NCBI RefSeq assembly: GCF_009914755.1
Contig: NC_060926.1
Origin: the human T2T-CHM13v2.0 reference genome, Homo sapiens
Direction: 5' to 3' (one strand)
Length of the DNA stretch: 64,000 nt
Position numbers and translations under genes: made by a program. The notes beneath the pieces are model-generated. The model made no database searches. It was given only the letters and a program-made list of their open reading frames with translations, and had not been told where the DNA came from. Below, one piece after another: positions 14,922 through 29,076 of this stretch. How positions within the stretch are numbered: position 1 is the first letter of the stretch; every line of letters starts with the position of its first letter.

Positions 14922-16469
14922 CCACTATCAATATTTTGCAACACTTCCTTTTCATGATTTTCTTCTGCAAACTCATTAGTCATCATCAGCATACAATTCT
15001 GATTTCTATCATTTTACAGTGTAACATTGTATTGCTATTCACACCTTTGTATCACTACAAATTTCACATAATAGATTTTAATGTTCCAAATGGATATTTC
15101 ATGATTTACTGAACCATTTCAAATATTTCACTATGATAAATAAATCTTAGATAAAGCTCTTTGTGTGATGTGCAAATAACACTGTAAGAACTATGAGCTG
15201 AAAGGATGGGCGGTGGCGTTAGATTTTGATGGTGGTTGATTTGAGAGTGGCAAGATGTAGGGGGTGACAAGGTGTACACACGAATAAACTATGGTCACTG
15301 GAGAAGAGGAGTTTGGAAGATGAAGGGACTGGGATGTTAACTGTGTCATCCACACAGTTCATGAAACCACCTGGAAACATGACAGGAGTCCAGTCAGAAA
15401 GACATGCCGTTGGCTACGCACTGCAGTGTCCAAAGAGAAAGGAAAGATTTCACAAGGAAATCAGAGCTAATCGGTGAGAAAGGGAGACAGTCAGAGATTG
15501 GGGAACACCTGCATGACTGGTGTCACCCAAAGAACAGTAGCTTCAAGGGAGGAAGAGTTTTTGAAGTAGGAAGAAAAAGTGATTAAAAGGCAGAGTGGGA
15601 AGCAAGCAGGACTTTTGCACCAATTCTAGACACTAACAAACATGGGATTCAAAAAGAAACATTAATCTGCTCTTGAGAGACGTCTGGAGAGACGGCCATA
15701 ATGGGCCAGAGCTCAGTGCACGCTTCCTTCCTCACTGTACCCCAGTGCCTACCCAAATCCTATTACATCTGTTACTCAATGCTTGGACAATGAATAGGTT
15801 TTCGTATCAATGAGCCTCATTCACAAGAGCCCTTGTTTCATTAATTTTTCACTGTTGCCTCTTAAAAGTGAAACAACTCCCTAACTGAGAGTTACGGCTT
15901 CCTGAATATTCATCATCTATCCTGTAAGGCACTTTTTTTTTCAGAGCTTTAGACTCTCGTGTTGGTCATATCCTTTTTGCACAACTATTTCTCCTGTGTT
16001 TTCCAGACAAGATGATATAAGATCATATACACATTTCATACTCAAATGTGGCTTCCGTAAAAATTCACTTGGTAATTGCAGCTGCACTTCATGAGGCTAT
16101 GATGAAAAGACATAAAATGTAGCTGTGAAAAATTGTGTTCACAAACCTGAGAAAATTTGGCTGTGAATACCTACTCTGTGAATTACAGCAACATATTATG
16201 ACATAAACCACAACTCTGGAATCAGAAACATCCTTGGATGTTGAAAAGAAATGTGCACACACACACACACACAAACTCATATACACACACAACCCCCCTC
16301 CCCCACCCACCACCACCACCACCACCAACTTGGAGTGAAACATCCCAAGGATGAAAAATTCCCAGACTATTATTAATTTGATTATTTTTGCTTTTTACTG
16401 TCTACTTAAAGCATTCATTTATTTGACTCAATATTTTTCACCTCAGTTTTATGAATGAGATTTAATATT

Positions 16470-16898
16470 TGCAGTAGGTTAATATCTACCCCCAAAATTC
16501 ATGTCCACCAGAACCTCAGAATGTAATCTTATTTGGGAACAGAGTCTTTGCAGATGTAATTAGTTGAGATGAGGTCATACTGGATTAGGTTGAGCCTTAA
16601 CTCCAATGACTGGTGCCCTTGAAGAAAGCCACACGGAGACAGACACACAAAAAGGGAAGAACACTATGTAACTACTGAGGCAGAAACTGGAGCAATGTAC
16701 CTACTAGCCCAAGCACAGCAAGGGTTATGAAGCCGCCAGAAGGTGGACAAAGCCAGAAGGATTCTTCTCTAGGGCCTTCAGTGGGAGCAGAGTCTCATCA
16801 ACACTTGGATTCCAAACAGTGGAGGAATAAACTTTTGTTGTTTTCAGCCTCCCAGTTTGTGGTCATCTGTTATTGCAGCCCCAGGAAACTCACATACA
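16470..16898 (+). mobile_element. MLT1C-like LTR
   Basis: cctcagaatgtaatcttatttggg, ctttgcagatgtaatt, gagatgaggtcatactggattagg, gcagccccaggaaact. Confidence 0.85.
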
Positions 16899-17341
16899 AT
16901 TCTTATTCATTTAAAAAAACTAGTGTAGGGCAAGCAGGTTTGATTTTGATATGTTTTGTTTTTAGTTTTGAGAAGCAAGCTTAATCAACAATTTTAAATA
17001 GAAATATTTCAGTTTACAGAACTAAGAACACTAGGAATTATATTTCACACTGGAAAAGCCTCCAGCATGTCTATTTTACCCCATCATTCACAAAGAAATC
17101 AGAGCTAATTTTCCAACACATAAACGATGTCCCTTCCCTTTCTAAATTACTTTACTGGCTCTCTGTAGAATTCAAAATAAGATCCACACTTCTTGCCTCA
17201 AAAATAAGCTAAGTCTGTGGCCCTGAACTGTCTCTGTAGCCTCATCACTCATCATGCTGCCTGATCGTGGGTGCACACGCAGATGCCCCACACACTCATA
17301 CTTGTACGAACACACACACACACCTGCCTTCTGAACACTGG

Positions 17342-17490
17342 CACTTTCAGAAAAGGCTGTGCATGTACACACATGGGCAATGAATAGGTTTTCATATCAA
17401 TGTGCCTCATTCACAAGAGCCCTTGTTTCATTAATTTTTCACTGTTTCATTTATTTTTCACTTTTCAGAAAAGGCTGTGCACGTACACAC
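17342..17490 (+). repeat. Templated insertion: 73-bp copy of 15784-15856 between ~31-bp direct repeats
   Basis: 17374-17446 matches 15784-15856 with 3 mismatches; 17342-17372 recurs at 17459-17490. Confidence 0.92.
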
Positions 17491-18749
17491 CTCCAGTTCT
17501 ACTACCAGGCGTAACAAAGCCTCCACCAGATCCCACCCCCCTGTATCCCCAGGGCTCAGGGTCATAGTCACCTCTGCAGGGAAGGATTTCCCAGCCCACC
17601 TGCATCCCAGGCCTGGAAGATTTGCTCTGTTTCCCCACCCCTGCCCTCCTGCGGGGGTCTCTGTGAATTTCCACTTCCATCAAAGACAGGTCAGAACAAC
17701 AGTTAAAAGCAGAGAATTGGAATCATTCTGGTGACTAAAAGCCAGTTCCATCATTTGCTAGCTGTTTTTAAACCTCTCGACTCATTTTTTCTATTGAAAA
17801 AATGGGAACCATAATAATTTCATGTTGCTGAGATGCAAGTATTAACTTAGATAATGTATTCATTCAGATTTATGGAATTGATGGACCTAGTATGATGTAC
17901 CTAGTACTTACTAAGCACTATAGTGAACACTCAATTAACACTGGTGAAAAATAGGCCACTTTTATTCTCCCCAGACCTAGAAACAGTGCCCCGATGCCTT
18001 CTTTGTGTGTAAGAAATCCATGCACACTTTCAGGGTTTAATCAAGACTTTCTCATTTCAAGTTCTTCTAGTCTGTTCCAGGCACCTGTTCTAAATCAGTA
18101 AACTGCATGCCTCAATAGTGGTATATTCATTATTAAGAGAATTATGAGTTCTTATCACTGTTTTCTTAGGTTAAACTTCTGATTTCTGTGTTAGGGAAAG
18201 ATCTGTTTTTTTTGGCAGCCTTATTTCTAAACTTTGTGTTGAAGCAGAATTCTTGGAAGGGAGGGTCCACTCTTACCAGACCTAACACTGTCCATGAATT
18301 AAAAAGATCCCAACCCCCTAGGCTGGCAGATGCAGAGGCCCAAGCTGGAAGCACTGGGAACAGTTGCAAATGATGAACCGACAGGGCAAGTGGCAGAGCT
18401 GGTTGTGATCCTTGTAGCCATGATTGTTGTCTCAGTCCTCAGCACACTGCACTGTAACTGCTGGTCTATCTCCCACCCTCTGCTAGAGTGGAAGCTCCTG
18501 GAGGGCAGTGTGACTTTCATCTTGAAATCTTGAATTATCCAACAGATAAATGACGCCTGTGGAATAAGTAAACAGATAAATGCAGAGAAAAGTATTTCTT
18601 CAATATAACATGCAGTTACAAATCCTGTTTTGACACAGTGAAAGTGATGGTGAGAATCTGTTTTCCAATTTTCACCTACAATCATCCAACAAATACTGAG
18701 CTGACCTCTATGAAGGGCAATGTGCTACACTCTAGACATGAACCTCAAA

Positions 18750-18995
18750 TAGAGTAGTTCAATTTACTGAGGGCTAACTGTGTTTCAAGCACTATTTCAA
18801 ATGTATGGGTATTCACTTGTTGTAGCCACGCAATCCTAGGAGATAGGTCTTATTATCATTTTCATTTTACGACTGAGAAAAATAAAACACAGAGAGGTTA
18901 AGTAATTTATTTAAGGAAATTGATACAGTAAGTGGCAGAGCAAATATTGAAGGCCAGGACATCTGCCTTAGGGCAGATGCTTTAACCAAATACTG
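18750..18995 (-). mobile_element. MIR
   Basis: attatcattttcattttac..gagaaaa..cacagagaggttaagtaattt..agtaagtggcagagc. Confidence 0.7.
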
Positions 18996-19641
18996 TCCTC
19001 TCAAAGCTTGCAAAATATTGCGTTAAGTGTTTTTGAAGTGCCAAAAGTATGTATTTAAATGACTCTAGTACATTATAGAGCATGCTGAATTTTAATACAG
19101 AAATGCAAATTTCTACATGACTCTAAATGAGGGAACACAGATTCAGCTTTAGGATCCATAGAAAGAACACAAAAGAGGTAGCAATCTGATGAAAATTTGA
19201 CAGAAATAGATGCATAGGGGAGAGAATAAAACAATCAGAGCCACATCCAAGGATCACTGAATGTGTTTGGTGATCATCACTTAGGCTGTGTTGTAAAGGT
19301 GTCTGTGAAGCTTGGTTAGGGGCCTGCTCTCACATTTAGAAAGTGTGAACTTGAGCAAGACACAACTTGAGCAAGTGTTGTTGGGTGTCTACAAGTGGAG
19401 CAGGTGTTCACTAAATGCTAGCCTTGTTATGAATACTGTGCTATTAATTGAATCTGGATTTCACTAGGGTAACTTTATGTCATCAGGTGCAGCTTATTAG
19501 AGCAGATTCACACTGGGAACCCAGGAAAATGGCTGGGGACAGAACAGCAGAGGGCATGCCCACTGGTCAATTGTGAAATATTGAAGGTAATGAGATGACA
19601 TATTAGGGAGACGTTTGGAGCAAGAGTGAGCAAATTTAGCA

Positions 19642-19912
19642 TTGTTTGTTTGTTTGTTTGTTTATTTGAGACGAGCCTTCACCCTGTCACTCAGGCTGGA
19701 GGGCAGGGGTGCATTCACGGCTCACTGCAGCCTTGACCTCCTGGGCTCAGGTGATCCTCCCACATTAGTCACCCAACTAGCTGGGACTACAGGCACATGC
19801 CACCATGTCCAGCACATTTTTTCATTTTTTCTAGAGATGGGGGTTTCACCATATTGCCCGGGCCGGTCTCGAGCTCTTGGACTCAAGCAATCTGCCCGCC
19901 TCTGTCTCCAAG
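19642..19912 (-). mobile_element. AluJ, 5'-truncated
   Basis: gctcactgcagccttgacctcctgggctcaggtgatcctccc (J-type); (TTTG)n tail. Confidence 0.9.
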
Positions 19913-20170
19913 TTATAATAACCGTTTAGATGGGGTGAATAAAAGTGAGGAATAAGCATAATACAGAGCTTTTAAGTCCAAGTGACAGACAGGAAAGTTG
20001 TGCTTCTGTTTGGCAGAAAGGCAGCGACTTGGGTTGATGCTGGAGTGGAATAAGCGTTCCGATGGGCATCGTGGGTGTAAGCAGTGGAGGAAGGGAATAC
20101 ATTTGAGCAGCTTTGGGAGTGAAATCACAGATGAGAAAAAACAAAGAGAAAATACAAAATTGGGGGATGG

Positions 20171-20514
20171 ATTGTGATATGATCAAGATATAGAAAGAAG
20201 GAAATAAAAAGGATGAATTATGATATGATCAAGATATAAAAAGAAGGAAATAAAAAGGATGAATTGTGATATGATCAAGATATAAAAAGATAGATCAAGA
20301 TATAGAAAGAAGGAAATAAAAAGGATGAATTGTGATATGATCAAGATATAAAAAGATCAAGATATAGAAAGAAGGAAATAAAAAGGATGAATTGTGATAT
20401 GATCAAGATATAAAAAGATCAAGATATAGAAAGAAGGAAATAAAAAGGATGAATTGTGATATGATCAAGATATAAAAATATAGATCAAGGTATAGAAAGA
20501 AGGAAATAAAAAGG
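20171..20514. repeat. Minisatellite, 46-bp core unit with nested 16-20-bp sub-duplications (~6 units)
   Basis: Unit tgatatgatcaagatatagaaagaaggaaataaaaaggatgaattg repeated near-perfectly. Confidence 0.95.
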
Positions 20515-22009
20515 TAATGTACAAATGTGTATTGGTCTTGGAAGTTGGAAGGAATAAAATGGAGGCCCATGAATAAAGGCGGACTTGACTGAGTGTTAAA
20601 GCAGGCAACTGTCCTGATCTAACTAGACTTGTGGGATTGCATAGCAACAAAATAGTTTCTTCAATAATTTCTAACTATAAAGTGCACCTTCAACAACTAA
20701 ATATGAGTTGATTCTTCCCTTTCATAATTTGTCAGTTTCACACAGCGTGGCTTTGCTTTGTTACACAAAAACCAAACACACCCCCTTTCCAGATCTCTTT
20801 TGGTAGACCTATTATTTTCCTTGCATGCTATGACAATGGCTTTTCTACAATATATGAAAATTAGTCTCACCACTGAAATATACACATTTTCAATTTATGG
20901 TCTTCATTCTTACAGTATTTATACTTCTAATTTTGATTTAAGAAATAATCTGCTTTTTATTTAAATTTTGTTCCTATATGTTATCTTTAAATTTTATTTT
21001 TACATTAAAAAATAAAAATCACAAATTTATTTCTTGTATTTACCTCCCCCACCCAAGGACTCAAACTCACACAACTTTTTGACAATCATTCATCTTTTAT
21101 GTGACTACATGCTTCACTCTGCATGTATTCAGATAGAGGTGAAAACCTCTGCCAGTTATTGATTTAGTTAACAATTATTCATTACGTGCATACTAAATTC
21201 TAAGGGAGGAAAAAGCAAACCCAATCCCTAAGTTTATGCCATTTATTTTCTCCAAGCTGTTTGAGTTTACTTTACACCTCACCCTTCTCAGCCTGACCTA
21301 CATTCACACCAAACTACTCACTCCATGCACTTTGCACATGCTGTTCCCACCTTCTAAGCATCCTTCCATGTACTCCATGCTAGCAAAGGTGCTGCCTTTT
21401 TTGAACCCAGTTTCTGGGCAGCGAAGACTTCCTTTATTTTCTAAGATACCTTCTCATGCTTCAGCATTGCCTCCCCCTCCATTGTTCTAGGTATCACAGA
21501 GAGTGATATACAGTCATACTCACAAGTTCCTTCTTTACTTAGGCTCTGAACTCCTCAAGGAAGTAATGTTTTACACTGTTACTGGTAACTTCTTCCAGGA
21601 TTAGAACAGTGCTTAGCACATGAAAGACCCTCAAATATGATTTCTAAAGAAATAAATGAGAAAAGTTCTAAGGCCAATTGATCAAGTTAATGAAGATAAT
21701 ATACTAGCATATAATTAAAAGCGCTTTTCTATTCAGCTGAATGTGTTTGAATATATTGGTCCACCTGAGATGGTAAACACTATTTTAATATGTATTTGAA
21801 GAATAACCAGCCACCTTTGGACATTAAAATGTGAAAATGATTAGCCCTTTGAAAGACAATTTAATTACCAGTTCCAAAAAAAAAAAAATGAACACAGACT
21901 CAACACCGCTAATTGAATACATTTTGATACATTGTTCAATCATAGGTTTATTAAGATTACAACAAAGGCTACATATTTAAATTAAAAAACACTAAAGCGT
22001 TTTTTGTTT

Positions 22010-24450
<2,441 letters not shown>

Positions 24451-25375
24451 GCTGAATGATTGCTTAGGTTCTGGTGTGTTGAGAAATTATTTGATTGTGG
24501 GTCTTTGGGGAGAAGGCTGTGGTTCAAGATGCTTTATTACATATAGCAGTTTGATATTGAATATTTTAGGTAGATAGAATTATTTAGGGCATGTTACAAT
24601 TCTACCAATCTGATTACACATAATAATTCTCATCTTTTCAATGTTATTTCCACAACGGCCACAGAATGAGAGAAGACAAGATAGTTTTGCTACTATTGGA
24701 AATAATAAAAGCTGATGACAGAATAATCAAATGCCCATCCTCTGTAAGGCACCAGTTCAACAGCTGTCCAGTTCTGGGAGATCATGTCATTTTGTCAATG
24801 TTTTATGTTCAGTCCCAGAATTAAAAATGTATAAAATTGCACGAAATGTAATTGATGCAATTTGTTTGATGCAAAATTTATTTGATGCAATACTTCTCAT
24901 GAAGTACTCAAGTATAAGAGATACTCTGAGAGATTATGTGGACAATTCATACAAGTCATTTGGAATGGAAGGAGGTCTTAGTATCTTTATATCTGTGGTG
25001 TTAGCTAGCAAGTTCAACTGTTAGGAGAAATAGCTACTGTGTTCACTATAGCTCACTGGTGTTTTGTGATATTCTGCATCATGAGCTTATTAATTTTAAA
25101 TAAGTATATGAATAGAGTCCCAACTGAAAACACTATAGAGGGTATTATTTAATTTTTCAGCCTCAAAATCGTAAATATTAGTGATCAGTAAAAACTTTGA
25201 AGTGAACAAACGTTATTTCTAAGGTTTTTTTTTCCTATTTTCCTCTAAGCCTATTTTGAAGCTTTTAAAAGATATTTGAAATCACGTGTAGAAAAATTAT
25301 GGAGACATATATGATGAGAGCAGATGAAAATGCTCAACCCCTGGAAGAGAGGTAGGAAGAGATCCTGGTCCTAAG

Positions 25376-25505
25376 CCAGGAGACGTCTCCTGAACGTGAG
25401 AAAAACAGGACACAGAGAGGCAAAACCATGAGTTGGGTACCCAAGAGAAGTCTCCTGGACCCGAGAAAAACAGGACGCAGAGAGGCAAAACCACGAGTTG
25501 GGTAC
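25376..25505 (+). repeat. 65-bp tandem duplication (7 mismatches)
   Basis: 25376-25440 vs 25441-25505 compared directly. Confidence 0.9.
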
Positions 25506-26784
25506 ACGGCTCCTGCATAAGAGCGAAGCTGAGACAGGAAAATACGGAACAGCCCCTATTAACCACACTATGGAGTGTGGAGCGCTAACAGTGGACTCCT
25601 GCTGCTGCGGGTGGAGGGCCAGGAGCACAAGGAGACCATCTCAGAGCTGCAAGGTGCAAAGACCTAAAACCGAGGGTGGAGCAGGTTTTGAGAAAAACCT
25701 TCTGGCAGAAATGGCCCTACCCTAAGCACAGGGTAATCCCAGAGGAAGCGGAAGCCTATAGTACACTGAGAGTAACCACAGCAATAACAGAAAGGAAAAG
25801 CAACTCAAGTCCTCACTAGACTGGCTCAACTCCATGTCAAAGGCCTGGAGAAAACGAGATGTCAATTTCTAGGCACAGACATTATTTGCTTCAATCTATG
25901 CTATACAAGAGATCTGTCTTTAACAACAATTACAACACACACACACAAAAGCAAGTAAAAGTAGTATACTGTCAAAGAACCAACAATTAATATAATCAGA
26001 CCGTCATGATGGTAACGTCGAACCTATCACAAAGAAAATATAAAATAAATATGACTAATATGTGAAATCCTCTAGAATAAAAAGCAGAAAACATGACTGA
26101 TAATATTGATAATCTTGTCAAAGGCATTAAAATTATAAAACAAAAATGAAAATGTTGGGAATTAAAACCATTGTAACAGAATGATTTTGACATGCTCACC
26201 ATTGGACGTGACACATATGAGGAAAGAATCAATGAACTTGAAGATTAATAAGAAAAAATCATCCAAGCTGAAACACAAAGGAAACAGAGTATGAAGAGAG
26301 AGAAAGAAACAAATAAATAAACAGGCAAAGTATTCAAGAGCTGTGAGACGGTATCAAATGATCTAGGATAGGTGGAATTGGAATCTCAGGAGGAAATGAA
26401 ATGTAGGAAGAGATAACGCCTAAGGATTTTCCAAAAATTAAAAAAGACAATTACAAAACAAGTCCGAGAAGCTCAGAGAATACAAAGCAGAATAAATGCA
26501 ATTAATTAAAAACTATATAATAGACCCTAGGACAGCCAGTTATCTTTTAAAGTTATAAATAATAAGCTAAGAGTGGCAATAAAATGAAATGATAAAAAAA
26601 TCCTCATTCCAAAAAAGGCAGAAAAATAGGACAGAAATAAAAAATAAATGTAACAAATTTAAAATAGCTAGAAAAATAGTAGAATTTAATCTAATTATAA
26701 AAAAATTGCAATAATGTAAATGACAGTTGTCATCTGGGTGGAAAAGTGGTGCCAAACTCTATGCTATTTATAAGAAATCAATTT

Positions 26785-27270
26785 ACTGTTTTATTTAGAT
26801 ATACTGACAAAACACAAAATAAAAGTATTATATATATATGAAAGTTGTACAATATGTTTTGATATACATACGCATTGTGAAATGATTACCACTTCTAGGT
26901 ATATATTCCAAGGAAATAAAATTACTCTCTCAAAGAGAAATCTGCACTCCCATGTACATTGTAGCATTATTCACAATAGCCAAGATAAAGAAATTACATG
27001 TCCTTCTACAGATGAATGGATAATGAAATAATATTTGTGTGTATGTGTGTGTGTGTGTGTCCACACACACTGAATTATTATTCAGTCTAAAAAGAATGGA
27101 AATTCTTTAGTGTGGACACACACACATATTATTCAGCCTAAAAAGAATGAAAATTCTGCCATTTTCAACAACGTGAATGAAGCTGGAGGACATTATCCTA
27201 AGTAAAATAAGCCAGACACTAAAAGACAAATATTGTACCACTTCACTTTATGTGAAATCTAAATAAGTCA
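26785..27270 (-). mobile_element. L1MA-type 3' fragment with inverted segment, nested in older L1
   Basis: 26785-26890 is antisense L1MA 3' terminus (tgatatacatacgcattgtgaaatgattacc); 26891-27270 is sense ORF2 end/3'UTR (cactcccatgtacattgtagcattattcacaatagccaagata). Confidence 0.7.
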
Positions 27271-27399
27271 AGGAAGGCACCAGTTTTAAATATCAGAACA
27301 TGGAGAATTAAAAGTAGAATGGAAAATATTTCATTAAAAAACTAATGAAACAAAGCTCAGGAGGCTTTATGTAATGGCTTTATTAAAAGTAGACTTCCG

Positions 27400-29076
27400 T
27401 ATATAAAAATACTTACAGATTATGTGTATACATGGTATTCATGGGTTAGTATGCATTCATATATTATCTTGCTCTGCTGAGATGCCCTAGAAGTAACAAC
27501 ATCCCAGTGGCAATGAGCACACATAAGACCCAGATCTTGGTTTTTAATATCTTTCTCCAATAAAAGGAACTAGAGCTCCTTGAAGAAATGGCTGATTCTA
27601 GGACAGGAAATACACAAGATGAGCCTGGACTATCTGTAGTGACAGAAAGTGAGTATGTGTGCATGCGTGCACACACACACACACACACACACACTGATGG
27701 GTGTATGTTAAAGGGAGGGGTCCCCAACCCCGGTAACAGTCTGTGGCCTGTTAGGAACCGGGCAGCACAGCTGGAGGTGATTGGAAGGTGAATGAGCAAT
27801 GAATCATCTGTATTTACAGCCGATCCCCACAGCTCACATTATTGCCTGAGCTCTGCCTTCTGTCAGATCAGTGGTGGCATCGGATTCCCATAGGAACACA
27901 AACCCTATTGTGAACTGCACACGCGTGAGATCTAGGCTGTGTGCTCCTTATGAGAATCTAATGCCTGATGATCTGTCACTGTCTCCCATCACCTCCAGAT
28001 GGGACCATCTAGTTGCAGGAAAACAAGCTCAGGGCTCCCACTGATTCTACATTATGCTGAGCTGTATTATTATTTTATTACACATTACAGTGTAATAATA
28101 ATAGAAATAAAGTGCACAATGAACGTAATGTGCTCAAATCATCCCAAAACCACTCCCCAAACCCCACCAATCCATGGAAAAAAATTGTTCTCCACAAAAC
28201 TGGTGGAAGACAGTGCCAAGAAAGTTGGAAACTGCTGGTTAAAGGAATATGGGAGCCTGCTGAAAGTATTCGCAATGGTCATATCCTAAAAAAAGAGCAA
28301 CTAAATAAATAAAAGAGTATTAGATTATAAACCTATGTATAAAATAGATATCTATCATTCCGCACTCTAAGAAACAGCAGATGAATGACTAAAATAAATT
28401 TTGGAGAGTAGACAAATCTCCTATGCAGAAAAATGTTAAATACTTAATGTAGACACCCCTCTTACTCCTCTCTCAAGAAGGTAGGGCAATACTGCTCACT
28501 CCTTAAGTGTGAGTTGCTCATAGTGACTTTTTTCCAATGACCATAGGCAGATGAAAAGAACTGAAATTTTAGAAAGTATATTCTACAGATAAAATGGTGA
28601 TAAGTGATGTTGATACTATGTTTCCTTAATAGAAAGTGATGGGAATGGCAGTGTTACTCCCCAAAGCCCATCACTCGAATCTAATAATGAAATAAGTTAA
28701 ATTCTCAGTGGCATTCTGCAAAATACGTGATTCGTACTTCTCAAAACTGTCAAGTTGATAAAAAAAAATAAAAAAAAAAAAGTCTGAGAAATTGTCATGG
28801 CCAGGAAGAGTCTAAGTTAGGAGACATGACAACTAAATGGGTTCTGGAAGAAAGCCTGCAACAGTAAAACGATGTTAGGTAATGACAAAGGAAATCTGAA
28901 TAAAATATATACTTTAATTAATAATAATGTGTTAAAAGTGGCTCATTTCCATATTAGTGTAAGATGTTAATGATAGGTAAAACTGGGCGTGGGGTATACA
29001 GAATCTCTGTACTAGCCATGACATTTTTTCTGTGTACCTAAAAACTGCAATAAAATTTTAAAAGTTTATTTAAAAA
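27400..29076 (+). mobile_element. L1MD/L1MC-type 3' end nested in older L1 ORF2
   Basis: cccagatcttggttt..ctccaataaaaggaac..gaaatggctgattctagg..caagatgagcctgg; ends aaaagtttatttaaaaa; aaa(g/t)tagactt recurs on both flanks. Confidence 0.75.
27715..28237 (+). mobile_element. MER1A
   Basis: aggggtccccaacccc start, actgctg end; perfect 8-bp TSD gttaaagg at 27707-27714 and 28238-28245. Confidence 0.92.

Noticed and set aside
20171-20514. CRISPR-like repeat array
   Set aside because: Units are contiguous with no unique spacers, no cas genes, and the context is a primate genome; it is a minisatellite.
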